From Podarcis tiliguerta (lineage: Eukaryota): a stretch of 64,000 bases of DNA. Made by a program: the position numbers and the translations under genes. A model generated the notes under the pieces. That model ran no database searches and was not told the DNA's origin. It saw nothing but the letters and a program-made list of their open reading frames with translations. The stretch lies in assembly GCA_965153285.1 (NCBI GenBank), contig OZ229111.1. The stretch is one strand, 5' to 3'. Positions 25,627 through 39,878 of this stretch are shown here, piece after piece (the stretch's first letter is position 1; each line of letters opens with the position of its first letter).

Positions 25627-27706
25627 TCATGAACACACAGAACATAGCAGGACTGCCGGCTAGAGACCTTCAGTCCAGCCATACCACCCCCCACAGGGCT
25701 TATGGAGAAACTGTACATTCCTATTGGTGGCAGCAGGGGGAAAGGGGCTTCTCAGAGCTGTGCAGCCCAGGTTTTGCTGCAGCTCTACTGGGTTCTTCAT
25801 CAGTACTGGGAAAGAAGATGAGCCAGTACCATTTTCATTAATATATAGGGTGATAGGAAGATAGGGGAATGACACACAACTATGCAGCATGGTGAGATTT
25901 ATCAAAGATCATGTGTCAAGTGTGAGCTGAGGTCCCAACTTGGGTATTTCTTACATTAGGCATTGCTGCCTTTCTGTAACTCACAATGGACGCTTTAAAA
26001 CCAGTCATTGTGCCATGGACTCTAGGAGCCCTGGGCTTCCCACTCCAACATTTTTCTTCCTTATTAATAAATGCATAGAAACCAGTGCTCAGGCAGGGGC
26101 AGACCTGGTTTTCCTGCCCCTGCATGGCACAGGCTCCCTGATGAACACTCCCTCAGCTGGGCTTGGCAGGTTTTGCCAGTTAGGGCTGGCAGCGTAAACA
26201 AACACATTAAACCTGGACACAACGGGCATTCATTCTCAACAGGGCACAGGGGTGACAAACGATACCAAGAGAACGCTGGGTGGACCTTCTGTTAGGTGCC
26301 AATTATCACAACTCTGCTCACTGTGCCTGCTTGCAGCAGCAGAGTGCTTGGCCTCCTCCCCAGCAAACCATAAAAAAATTACAAGAATAGTTACACACCA
26401 GAATGGTAGGCCAGGCCCTAGCAGGCACACACATACACATGCTCTCTCTCTCTGTCTCACATACATACATACACAAACATACAAACAAACAAACACCTCT
26501 CTACAGGCCAACATTTGAGAAGTGTGTCATTTATAACTAACAGAGCTATTGAGCACATTTCTTTGATGGCTGAACAATACGTAACACTGGCAGGTTCTGT
26601 GACGGCTTCCAAATCAGTACCACAATAACCCTTTTTTAGCTCACATACTACTAACATGACACAAAACATGAAGCATAGCCGCTACCATCAGGGGCTTCAC
26701 TGAGATAACTGTCTGGCTCAATAAATAAATAAAAATTGTCCAGTAGCACCTTAGAGTCCAACTAAGTTTGTTCTGGGTGTAAGCTTTCGTGTGCATGCAC
26801 ACTTCTTCAGATACACATGTCTGGCTCAAGTGACACTAGTGATGTTACTCAGTTTTCCTACAGTAGGGGCTACATAGCCCACTAGGTAGAATAGGGAAAT
26901 GGCAACAGGTATCCCTGGGCACAAGGGGCCATACATCATGCCCTTTTGAACATATGGGATAATGTAAGGGTGTGTGTGTGTGTGGAGTTGACAGAGTCCA
27001 GCTGCAAAAACCTAAAATTAAAAGAGGAAATGTTAATCAGAGATCAACCCCCCCATATCTGCTTCTTGCAATCTCTTGTTCCTAGTGAGACCCACAGAAA
27101 TTAGCCAACAGGAATGGGAATGGCAGAGTGGCAGTGGCCACAGATCCACACTGACTGGAACTCAGCTAAGGTGGGTGACTCACAATGGAGCTGCATGCAA
27201 ACAGGGGCAGTGGCTCCAATCTCTGCCTCAGATTAGGCTTCTGCCTTTCTCTCGCATCATTACAGATAAGGACTGTATCTACCAATATGACATCCTATCT
27301 TCGCTCTGTTAGAGTAGAACAAGCATAAGACTATTTTTCTTTTGTAGTTCTAAATATTGGTTCCCTTCCTGAGATGAACAAAAACGCAGGAGTCGATGCT
27401 CCTACCAGCCAATGCACTTCTTGTGTGAAAGTAATGTAGAGAGCATAGGTGTCTTAGCTTTCACACTGCTAAATCTCTTTCCTAATAGAGTTGGAATCAG
27501 CAGAACCCAGGAATCTTAAGCTGTAGCCTCCCTGCCCTCCCAGCTTCTAAGGCCTAATTCTTCTCCATCCCCTGCCCCTGTTTTCCTTACTAAGGAAAGT
27601 TTTCCCCAAGCATGGATCAATTTGATCCACTTTCCCAAGCTTTTGCTTGGTGTGGGGCAATGGCTGTGAGTACAGTATTGGGAACGGCCAGGTAGGCATG
27701 TCCTTA

Positions 27707-27874
<168 letters not shown>

Positions 27875-29119
27875 TTAAGTAACTGGTGAAATGCTCAATA
27901 ATGCTGAGAATTATCATCTTGCTGCAAACCAAGGCTTAGGCCCAGAGTCTATGTGACCTCAAGTAACTAGAGAGAGGGACCAACATAGCAAATAGTGGCA
28001 CACCCCTTCGCCTCCCCCCCCCCCCACATTGCATATTAGCAACGGTAACATGAACAAAATTATATATGCAGATATGCAGGCACAAACGTAACATTTTAAA
28101 ACTTGGAATGAGCATACCTGTGAGTAGAGCAACGTAACTTACCATTTACCTGCTGACATTCTCTCTTACACATACATACAACTTGCCACAAAGCAAAGGC
28201 TGCTGCCTACCTCAAGCCACCTCCTGTGGTTGCAACCACTACTGCCACACTAGATCATGCTTGGGAGCTGCAGGTCCTTCTTGCAGCTACCAAACAGCCT
28301 GTTCCTCATTTGAGAAATGAAGCTGCAATTCACTCCAAAGCTGTCCTTCCCTGACTCTAGAGTGCAAACGCAGAAAATCATATACTAACAGCTATCTGAA
28401 TTCTCTGAATGTTGGCTTATGAAGCCAAAATGGTATAATCCACACACAAGCAGGTGTGACGGAAAACCCAAGGTTTGCAAAAGGACAAAAAAGCTTCTTT
28501 TTTTAAACCATAATTTCCCATTTTTGTGTTCTCCCCCAGGCCTGCAACAACCACCAGCTAGCATTCCTGAGCAAGCATAGCCCTCAGTGTGTGTTGCAGA
28601 GGAATCAACAGTTCAATGAGGACTAAGCTTGTTCAGTAGCCATGGAATATTGCCTGATGGTGGGAGGAAAAACAACATGGAAAATCAGAGGGGAGGGGAA
28701 ATTGAATGGGGTATCCTCAAAGAGCTCTTGGCTAGCTGACTAAAATCCTGAACTGGAAGACTCCATACTGCAAGTACTACTTGTTACTGGTACTACTTGT
28801 TAGCTACAAAATACAGCAGCTCTTCATTCGTGTGGAGATACCACACTGGGTTTTATTGCTTCAGAGCTTCAGGTATCCTCTCCCACTAAGTACCACTAAT
28901 TGGTGAGAGAACAGATGTTGACCAATGTTGGAGCCATTCCCTAAGCTCCTCCTTCACCAATCAGGACTGACCAACCATAGAGGCAAACTAAGCAACTGCC
29001 TAGAGTGCCTATATTCCTGAGAGACAGATAAAGATACTTGAGTGTTCCTGCTGGAATTGCTCAGTATCTACAGCAGTAAAAAAAAACTTAAAAACCATTA
29101 AAAACAGCTCTTTTTACAA

Positions 29120-29835
29120 ATGCAGAGAGAAGGGGGAATATAAGTAAATTTTATGATCTGATTCAAGATACAGAACAAACAACCAGTAATTTTATGAAAA
29201 AAATTGGAAAGCATATGGGTATGAAATAAATACAAATAAATGGAAATAAATATGAGCTCATAGTCTTCAAAGGTTATTAGCTGATTTAAAGTAAAATTAT
29301 TATTAAAATCAGTATTAATGGGACTGTGCCCCTTATAAGTTGAATTTGATATAGAATACTAATGAGGACAAACTGTTGGAGATGTGGGGAAAGAAAAGCA
29401 GACTTTATACATATTTTTGGTGTGTGTCCTATTATTCAATCTGTTTTGAAAACAATCCTTAATACTACTATGGATTATCTTATGCCTCATTATTTTAGGA
29501 CTGTATTTTTAGGATTTTTAAAATAATTAATTTCATAAAATGACTTGGAGGTGGTAGTTAATTTATTAACAGCCACAAAAATAACAATTGCCAAGTATTG
29601 GAAAAGCGGAATACACCATCTTTATTAGAGTGGATAGAGAAGGTATGGTCTATCATAACAATGACTTAACTTATTTTAACAGAACACATGTAAACCAATC
29701 AAACAAAATCATGGGAAAATGGGCAATGTTCATTATGTTCTAGAATTATAAATAACAGGGCAATATATATATGACGCTTTCAACTGATTGCACTTTTACA
29801 AGATATGTCAATAAAAATACTAATAATTAAAAAAA
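29120..29835 (+). mobile_element. Degraded L1/Tx1-like LINE 3' ORF2 fragment (similar AT-rich relics at about 47500-49190 on - and about 63070-63575 on +)
   Basis: Translation from 29563 gives LLTATKITIAKYWKS, resembling the L1-type ORF2 C-terminus; many stops and frameshifts; boundaries approximate. Confidence 0.5.
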
Positions 29836-30401
29836 TCAAACTCTCACATGGTACAAGACTATGTGGGGAGAAGTGTATTGTTCATCAACAGGAATTGTAC
29901 AGGTACCAGCTAATAAAAGTATATGATAGTTGCACAACCACAGAAGTGCTCGCTGGAGGGAAAGTTGCATTCTCCATGTGATTAATATTTGAATGCTAGA
30001 AAAAAGCGATCTTCCTCTGGCAAAACACCCAAATGTCTATAATGCTATTAGGAATGCCTTCTCTGATTGACACTTATGGCACTTAAAAATACGTGCGTGC
30101 CAATCTAACACACTAAAAGCACACAATACCTATTTACCCACCTTCCCCATTCATCCCCTTTGCTCATTCTGTTACTGTACAGTTGATAATAATGAAAAAC
30201 ATTGTCTCTAAAAACAAACAGCCCTGTAATACCAGCATCATGTTGCGGAAAGATGTCCTAATCCCCACAACAAGTGTTTACTACTGCATAATGAAACTGT
30301 CATCTTAGAAAGGTGGTCTGCTGGCACCCTGGTTCTAGCAAACTGTGTATCACAGTCCTATGCCCCCCCCCCGCCGCTCCCCTTTATGAATTTTGACTCA
30401 C

Positions 30402-30552
30402 CAGGAAAGAGCACAAGAAGATGAAGGAAACAAAATAGAAGTATGCAAATTCATTGCCACACTCTCTGCCTTTGAGGTCTGCTTTCTCATCACAGAGCTT
30501 TCCACTCAGACAGGAGAGCATGATCTCATGCCAAGCCTCACCTGTGGCACTT
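30402..30552 (-). CDS. CACNA1A: CACNA1A exon 35 (DIV pore and S6: [50 protein letters not shown])
   Basis: ttctcag|A AGT GCC...TTC CTG|gtgagt; 151 nt; filter GEAW. Confidence 0.97.
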
Positions 30553-30975
30553 CTGAGAAAGCGAGAAGAGAAAAAGACAGTGAGCATTGGGGATCCATCA
30601 CAACTGGGATGGCAGCATCTCCATCTCAATAAAGGTCCATAACAACCAATAAAGGTCCATAAGTTTTGGGGTCTCACAAAAGAACTGCAGCTACCTTCAG
30701 AACACATGGGTGGTAGTTACAGAAAAATCCCTTGACTGTGATGTAGAAGCTTGTTAATACAGGGATTTTTCATTTAGCCTGTTGATTCAGTCACTTTTTG
30801 GATGAGCAAAAGAAGTATTGTATAGTGCAATCTCTGATCCTTTAATGAAATACACTGAGTTTGTTTTAGGTACAGCTACTGCCCCGCATCTAGGAGACTG
30901 TACATCTTTTGCATTGGGCAGGGCCTTGGCTAGATGAAGTGGGCTTCCTGCGCATGATTAAGGTCTGGGCCTCAC

Positions 30976-31091
30976 CTAAAGAGAAGCATTAGAGCTTGAA
31001 AGAATGTGCGGAAATTGTTGTGCTCGGTGATGGCAGGTTTTTCATCTTCAGACATATCTTCATCAATCTCAATGCTAATGTTACCAAAGAC
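30976..31091 (-). CDS. CACNA1A: CACNA1A exon 34 (VFGNISIEIDEDMSEDEKPAITEHNNFRTFFQALMLLFR)
   Basis: ttctcag|GTC TTT...TTT AG|gtgagg; 116 nt. Confidence 0.97.
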
Positions 31092-31972
31092 CTGAGAAGA
31101 CAAACAAATAAAAACAAAATGAAGAAAAAGCCGTGAAATACAAAAGATCCAAAAAGAAAACTTCAGGAAAGAGTAGGTTTCCAAACATTGCTATCTAGTG
31201 GTGGTAGAGCCATTGCTTGTAGCAATGGATGTAGGTCACCTATCAGCGAGGCTAGGTGGGGCTCATTTTCATGTTTGGAGAAGAAATGAAAAGGTAATCT
31301 GTTCCTGACCACAGCCTACATGGACTAGGGACAACAAAAGGCCAGAACAGGCTGCCAGCAGTTGAAACCAACCCCAGGCAGTTTACTGTGGGGCTGGTTA
31401 CAAGGACAGACTGAATGTAAGGTATCCCAGCAAAAAACAACTTGCAGAATTCTTTCAGTACCAGTCACCTTAAATAGTCCTGCAGCAAAGTGGGTGCTTC
31501 AGGATGAATACTTAAAGGGGATGTGCCTCATTCTCTGACATCAAATCTCTTCTGATAGCAGGAGTGGGACAGTGCAGTTGTACACTAAGCTTTTATAAGG
31601 CAAGGTAAGGCAATATTACAGGGACAACACTCATCCTAACCTGGAATGCTGTTATAACAATGAGGATGACAGGCACCAAGCTGCCTGTCTTCAGCTTGTA
31701 CTAGGGTTTATTGTACAAGCAGGAAGACCTCAGGCATGTTGCAAGGGTGAGGTAGATGTTCTTGACATTGACACTACAATGTGCTAGAGCGCTCCATAAG
31801 TTAAGTCTTCTGCAGTTTGGGGACAGCTCCCAACTAGGCTGGTCCTCACTTTACAAGTTCAAAGGCTCCAGCACAAAAACAGCAGTATGTTATTGTACCT
31901 AAGGTAAGCGCTAGAAGCACTGCAGCATTCATGGTGAAACCCAGCATGGGATAGTAGCTTACTGGCACTTAC

Positions 31973-32038
31973 CTGCATTCCAATAATCGCATAAATGAAG
32001 AAGAGCATTGCAATCAGCAGACACACATACGGAAGGGC
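31973..32038 (-). CDS. CACNA1A: CACNA1A exon 33 (DIV S5: [22 protein letters not shown])
   Basis: ccctcactag|GCC CTT...ATG CAG|gtaagt; 66 nt. Confidence 0.97.
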
Positions 32039-32606
32039 CTAGTGAGGGGAAAAACATGAGCATACATTATTTTTTTTTTTAAGTTTCACAATTTGTGTGT
32101 GTGTACCACACTTGTTTTACTGGGAATATGGCTCCCTTCTTCTTACAAACTGATTGCTGTCACTGAATCAATGAAAGATACTGCTTGTAGGTCAGTCTTC
32201 CCCACCCTGCTGCCCTACAACTACCATCAGCCTCAGTCAGTATGGTCAATGGTCAGGAATGAAGGAGGATGGGAGTCAACTGGAGGGCACCATGTTGAAG
32301 AAGGCTGTTGTAGACTCTATCACTCCTTCCTCCAATCCCTGCCACATTGTGACTACAGAAATCGTGCAGTGATTACTTACCCATGCAAAAGGGTGAGTTA
32401 ATGGAAACATGAAACATGATTCAACTTCAGCAACATGAAAGAAAGTATTCATGATTCAAAGTGCATGATAAGAGGTGGTGAATGAACAGAGAAATAAACA
32501 GGTAGATGGATGAGGTTGGATGTCTCTAGCTATAATCTCCTAAACTTTCTGCACTCCTACTACTTCCCTCCCTTTCTCTCTCAACCACCCACAACTTCAA
32601 ATCTCA

Positions 32607-32885
<279 letters not shown>

Positions 32886-35800
32886 TCACTGAATAGCAAA
32901 GAAAGGGAGAGGGATCACACACATGAAGAAAATTAGCATGATAATAAGGCCACCCCTCTACTTGGAAAATCATCCATTTGGAAAATTAGTAATAATTCAT
33001 TAGCACATGATTACATTTTTTTTAAATAAACCCACAACCAAATGCACTGATATTTTTTGACACAAGCAGGCAGAACATTATTGTGTGGCCTCACATCACA
33101 CATGTTCTGTGCACACAAATCTGGAGAGAGGAGAAAGCAAGACAAGTGCCAGTGAGGAAGAGGAGAGCTGAGAAATGTCTGGAGACTTGCTATCATATCA
33201 TTCTCGATGGAAAATGCATCTGTTCTGTGCACCCAACAGGTGTTGGGCCACACTCCAAGCCCTGAAGGAAGAGCTTAGTTCAACAAATTTGTAGCTAAAA
33301 GAAGGATTTGTGATTCTGGCAAGATAGGAAAAACATTCTCCTGTTGGGTTCACCAAGATGCATTTTTATCTGTCTCCTTCAGAGGAAATGGCATATAAGC
33401 TTCTGGGATAAAATGAATACTGTACATTGAAGTGTGACATTGTACTTCTTAGTTGCAAAGTGTTCTATGGCCAGACACCCACAGCTCCTGAGAGCGAAAG
33501 ATGCCCAAGGTTTCTGAGGGTTGGGATATCACCTGAGTTTGGACAATAGAATATTGATGTATGTGTTTGTGTATCTCTAGTAACTACCACTGAGACCTTC
33601 AGACACTTTCTAAAAAAGAGTTCCAGTAAAGGTTGGAAGAAGGGCCTAGCACAGAAAAAGATAAACTTAGATACAAAATGCCAACTTATATTTAACTCAT
33701 GTAAGAAACACATGAGCTTTATCCCTGGGCAAAAGCCCTTGAACAGGAACCTGTATTTTAGCCCCAGTATGAATGGTTAAGTGCTTTAGTAATCTATGCA
33801 CCATGGACCTTTCCTGGGTTTCGATACTGAACTCAATGGAACCACACTTTGATCTCACTGGAACCCGAATTGCATGTTCAAGCAATGAGAACCCTGTAAA
33901 GGGACAACCTGGCTGGCTCTAACGGTTCCAAAGAGAATTACCATGTGGCTTCACCATAGTACACTAAACAGTGCAAGTGATCTGGCAGATTGAGGCAGAT
34001 TGAGTGTGTAGGGATACCTATGCAACATACATCACAGGAATGAATGTAGTTGCACCAACATCTCCCTCAAGACTCATGAAATTACCTGTGCTACAGCGCC
34101 CCTCATACACAAACTCCAAAGAAAACTGCACAAAAAAGACTCAGGCAATACACATGCCAAAAGATTGGTGTGACCACTCAACATGTACCGGCTTGCTACA
34201 TGCCTTGCTCTATAATTATAAAACAAAGACTGAGGAATTGACATGCAGTTACACAGTGGACATTATAAGTGTGTGATAACACAGTGGACATACAGTGTGG
34301 TTCTTGCAGCCAAATATATCCATGTACTGTAATAGGATTTATTTTCTCTTCCAAAAAGAAACCTAATTGCTGCATCTTCACTCTTTATATGCATGTGTTT
34401 GCATGTGTGTTCCCAGAAGCTATAAGCCCATCCTTCTCCAACCCTCCAAAAAGGCTGTTCCTCTAATTGGGATTTCAGTGGACATGCATGGTGGCAGTAG
34501 TGGAGGTGGCTCTGTGATACATACAATGGGGTGAAACCAGTTTGTTAAAACTGCCATGCTCAGATCATGCAGGACAAACAAAGAATGATATTCATGCAGA
34601 GGGAAAGAGAGACAGGCAGGGGACCCACACCCATTTCCAGCTGGAAATATATGCCCACACAGACCATTAGGAATGGTGCCACACACCATTCTCTCTTTCC
34701 TATTAACCACCTGTATTCCAAAGTTCACTTCCTACATTACTTTTTAAGCCTATTCTAAGGTCAATATCTTAAGTGGACAATCTTTCAGCCAAAACATTTA
34801 GCTCTTTTGTTTAAACCAATATATATATTTCAGCTCTGCCCCTTGCCTTTTGAATCTTATTCCAGGACACAATGATGCAGTGAAAGTAAACTATTTAACC
34901 GGTGGAAACCTGTGTCAGACTAGATCTAGAAACACCCCCCCCACCCCGGTTCCACTGTCTCTAGTCCTCCAAACCTCTCTTGCCTGCCCATTTCCTTTCA
35001 GACAAAATCCACAGCCCTAGCTCAAATTTCTTCTTGTATCCTACTTTCTTCAGTTCCATTCCATGTCTCCACCTACAAATTTTATTGCATTTTTTCAGTC
35101 CACTCTACTTTGCCCCACACTTTTTATTCATCCTGTCTCTTTTGGCTAACAGTCCTAGCACTCTCCTGCCCCAAACATACACCATGCACCTGCCTCTTGA
35201 TCTTACACATTGTAGAATTTCTTCACTGCCGCCTCCTCCTTTTCTTTTTTGCCTCAACTCCCATTGCTGCTTTTTCCTAGCTCACCTACCCTTCCTTCAG
35301 ATTCCCTGCTTTCAGTTCATTTCCTACTCTGTACCATTCATTCTGCCTCCCTTCTTCTGAACACTTTATCACTAAGCTTCACTACAGGCCAAGATGTCTT
35401 CAGTCAAACTGTCAATTTACCCTCCCTCAGAAAAGCTGGACTTTAAGTAGCAATGTCCTTTCAGCAACTGAATATTTAGATCATTGTACCAAGTCAGCCA
35501 ACCAGTATAGGAGGCATCACTGCTTCAAGCTATGCATTGTGTCTGTGATGTGTGTCTGTTTCAATTTGATTTATATTTATTATATATATGTCTGTTTCAT
35601 TTTGAAGAAGTTTTCTCAACAGGTTCCTCTTTGTTAAATATGTGAAACGGACGCACATGCAATCTTTCAAAATTAATGTCTACCCTAATCTTAAGAGGAG
35701 TATCGGTGTGTGTTAGAAAAGTAAGACTGAATGTGGCCCAGAGAAATAAAATTAAGGATTTCTCTTTGACTCACCCTCCACAACTGACTCTCAGGAAAAG

Positions 35801-36779
35801 GGATGTTAATATCCCTCTCAATACTCCTAAATGGGCTTGGGCTAATTTCCATAGTTATAATGATATTTTACTTCTTCTAAGGAATTGTTCTACCTCAACT
35901 GACCAAAGCAGAGGTTGTCTGTGGATGGCTGAAAGTGTATGGAGAATACTAATATCACTGAGAGGACCTTAGGGTCAGTTCATGTGTGAGGAAATGTGTT
36001 TGCGTGTGTTGTGTTTAGGTGGTAAGTGGATATATGCGTTGTATGCGTTAAGGGAAGGTAAAATGTGAAAAGTTTTGAGTGAATGGGCATGCCTGTGCAC
36101 GCAGAATGAAGCTGGGGGTGCAGGGCTTTTCTGTACTTGTTCAGATAGCTATTGACAAGTGGGATTTTTAGGTCTTCTATTTGACTGCGCACACACTGCA
36201 AAAACTATGTGCCTGGAGGTGATGCCAGATGATATGCAAAGTATCTGTAGTATTTCAACTGTGGTGGATGCTCCACCCATGCAAACTGCCATCAGGTTTT
36301 GTATGTCATCAAGTAAGGCACTTGCATGTTGAATTCCCATCCCAAGTTTCCCCCCAGACAGAAACTGACACTGGCCCTGGGTCAGAACCCAGCAACTTGC
36401 AGATACAGCTTTCTATCTACCACCATATCCTTTTAGAAAGCCTATCCATACTGATGCAAGTCTTAGATTAAATGTAATCATCTCTTCAGAGATTGGCATC
36501 ACCAAGGCTGCAGTATTACTATACCATATCCCTCAATCAATCAATGTTTATTATGGCAAACAACCAGCATATATACCACATCCCTGCTATGGGGTTACTG
36601 GAAGCCATATGTGAATCTGAATAAAATAAGTGACACAATATGGGGTAAGTGGGGGGACTAAAAGCGGAAGCTGCCCAGTAAACTGCAGGCATCTTTGGCT
36701 CAAAAGATCATGCAATGCGCCAAGAAGATGCTTTTGATTAATGTAAGGCACTTAGGCTTGAGAAAGTAATCAAACCAAC

Positions 36780-36785
36780 CGGATC
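36780..36785 (-). CDS. CACNA1A: CACNA1A alternative microexon 31a/31* (6 nt, GAT CCG = Asp-Pro; DIV S3-S4 loop)
   Basis: Minus strand ccctgaccttctctgatcctctccatctcaatgtttgcatctag|GATCCG|gttggt. One base from mammalian AATCCG (NP), phase 0 between exons 31 and 32, UGC motif just upstream of the AG, 327-nt AG-free zone. Confidence 0.82.
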
Positions 36786-36787
36786 CT

Positions 36788-37114
36788 AGATGCAAACATT
36801 GAGATGGAGAGGATCAGAGAAGGTCAGGGAAGGGTGGGTGTTTTAATACCGCAAGTTGAGTTCCAACCAGCAAACGGAGAAATGCAGAAGACAGTGATTT
36901 CATTTTTGGTGATGGGAGAGGGATCAGGGCAGGGAAGTTCAGAAATATTCATTAGCATGGACACACAGACCAGTTCATGGATGGACAGATGGATTTTTCA
37001 TAGTGCATTTTGATTGGATGACATTTTCAGAGGGTGTTGCGCCAAAATAGAACAATATAAAGAGACAGCATGGAAAGAAGACAAAAGACAAAGTCATTAT
37101 ATATCATACATAGT
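36788..37114 (-). promoter_or_regulatory. 327-nt AG-exclusion zone with YCAY clusters upstream of microexon 31a
   Basis: No CT dinucleotide on plus strand from 36788 to 37114; minus strand CCATCTGTCCATCCAT at about 36992-36977. Confidence 0.7.
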
Positions 37115-39749
37115 CTTGGGGAAGGAGACCCCTAGCCCACCCTTCTCCCACACTCACCCCTTTCTCCTGTCTTTCTGGAATTTAGGAAATCCATGACTTT
37201 AGCATTCTGATCTTCCTAACCAAAATATCTACACGTTTGGCTTTACCTACAGGCTTCCAGCATAAACAAAACTTTTGTTGACCCGCCCATATTATTCTGG
37301 GAGGTAAGCAAGAGAGGGAAACTGAGGCACATATTGGAACAGGGACTTCCATGAGTCAGTGCTATTAATGAAAGTTACTTACCAACACAGTTCTTCAAAA
37401 CCCATCTGTGAGGTCACTTCTTTGAGTCTGAGCACTATGTGTCCTTAGACTACCACCTTCTAAAATGTGAAACTTGTTGGAGTGACCTAATTTCTCCATC
37501 TTTCAGTGTGGCAAGTACTCAAAGAAATGCTATATGAACAAAGTTGCATAATACGAAGTTGCAGTGTTCAAAGAGTTTGGGCATTCAAAGCAAAGCCAGG
37601 TACAATTACAGGAAGGTCCCTTGTAATTCAAGCTACTTGTAGGTAACTTTCACTTGCTCTTAGAGCAGCCATACGAATGGCCATCCAAGCGTACTGGAAA
37701 TGTGTGGAAGCCTAACTACTTGGAAAAGATCACCCATATATGAATAAGTGGCAGAACAAATCTACACCACAGCTGTAGTAAAAAAGATGACTTAGCAACC
37801 ACAAACTTGAAATACCTACTGTGTTCTAAGCAGAATGTATGAGTTCATTTTAAATCTCCTTTGGGTGATGGGAATTTAGATTGGGAAACCCACTTCCCAT
37901 ACAGGCCTTTCCCATATGGGACTGCTAATCTAATTAGAAAAACAAAACAAAAACAGAAGCCTAAACCATGGAAGATCCTGATCATGGATCTCCTACATCA
38001 GGTCTAGTTTGGCCCCAAGATAAAAGACTGAAAAAAGGCATAATAACCCAAAATGGTATTGGTGGTTGTACAACTTGCACTAAAGAAAGAGATCCATTCA
38101 GAATGTGGAGCACAATGAGGACTTCATACCTATTTATACTGGAAGGTCTCAGATTTTATCTCCTAACTGAAGTTCTGCCCTTGGATGGTGGTGGGAGATT
38201 TCCTGCACCTCTAGATGTCTTTTTATTGTGCATTTATGATTTGTGCTCATGATTATGCTGGGGCGGCTACTCTGCTTTTGATACTGTTCACGCTTACAAA
38301 AAATTTGGGGCAGACATATTGCTTCGTTTCCAGTCTATCCATGTCCTGTAGTGTCTTGCCAAAATCCTGTAACTTTTTATACCACAGCTGTTCAGGGGGT
38401 AGGGTCCCATTTTTGTTGTGTTATAGTGCAAGAGTGCCCCTCCAGAAAACACTGGGAAAGAATCGTAGAATAACAAAAAATCAGAAGATGTGTGGCTGGT
38501 ACAGTATAAATCCACCACTAATGCACTATTAAAGCATCAATGACATGTTGCAGAACACACATGAAACCCCCCACCCACAGCAGTCTGGGGGGTTCCTGAG
38601 CATATTTAGTGGCCACAGAACATTAACAGACTATTGGAGGGTAGGAACCGAGGCTGCGATGGAACCAAGTGGTTAGCGTCCTGAGCAGCAACACTCCACA
38701 TTGCAACATTTTGCTTTGACAAGACACTTTGAAGGCCAGCACTAGCTTTTGCAATCCTCATTTGAAGTGTTCTCAGTACATAGCTAAACTGTTCAGTGTT
38801 TCCTGTGTAATGCCATTCCTTTGTCAACCCTTTAGGTCAAACAGAAATGAATCACTATGCCATATTAAGAAATCTAGAAGAATGGGTTTTCTTTAAACAT
38901 CCTCATCACCTGTGAGGAAATGTGCATAAGCAATACATATGCTCCCTTGGTACACATACAGTGCACACACATGGGCATTTTGGAATAGTTTGCCATGCAT
39001 GCATATTCTCTGGGAAAGACCTTTCCTGATAATTTTAGTAGTTCACATGTTTCTTGTTCTAGCCAAAGGCCATGACAGAATAATTTTAGTAAGAAAGAGT
39101 TTGCTGTGCTGTGTACTTCCCAAGACCAAGGATAAAGAAAATTATCACCATCAAAGCGTTCTGGACAAAATTGACAGAAGGATTTTGCAGTTCCTGTAGG
39201 CAACTGGATATAAGTCTCTCCATGCCTGGTTGTGCCATAAAACTTATGGAAGCCTTTCCAAGGTTAATGCCTCAGTTTCCCTGGTCTATTCCTGCTGGAA
39301 GCACATTGGCCTTTGAATGGGTGGGTTGTTCTGCCAATTCCCTGAATTAGTCATGGCTCTGTATCATTTCAGGATGTTCATTCAGATATCTTCCCCTGCT
39401 CCACATCTCACTGTGGGCTAAGCTACTTATGACATGGGAGATCCATGATCAAATCTCCCTAAGCTCTTTTACTTTTCTTCAAAGCTACTTAAAGGGACTG
39501 TTATTTTGACTAGGCAAACAGCATAAGGAAGCAACATTGGAGGAGAGAAATTCTCTCTATGCTGTTTCCTTGAGTGAAATTGCCTCTCAGCTGAGGCAAA
39601 AATACAAGTAGAATATGGGCTTTTCCCAGTAGCTTAGAGGGAGAGACCTTTGCTTGAATGGGGAAACTTCACGGTGGTAGGAAGGACTCACATGGAATTG
39701 ATCCTTCAGTATGGCAGCACTGAGAGCCAGTGTAGTGAAGTGATTGGAG

Positions 39750-39878
39750 CAGCCTTTCTCAACCTTGGGTTCCCAGGTGTTGTTGGGCTACAACTTCCAT
39801 CATTCCTAGCCAGCATGGTCAGGGATGGTGGGAGTTGTAATTTAAGAACATCTGGGAACCCAAGGTTAAGAAAGGCTG
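39750..39878. repeat. Short palindromic MITE family (ctacaactcccatcat...gggagttgta); other copies near 1450, 3540, 10045, 15640, 32200, 45750 and 61255
   Basis: CAGCCTTTCTCAACCTTGGGTTCCCAG...CTGGGAACCCAAGGTTAAGAAAGGCTG fold-back; core motif recurs across the window. Confidence 0.7.
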
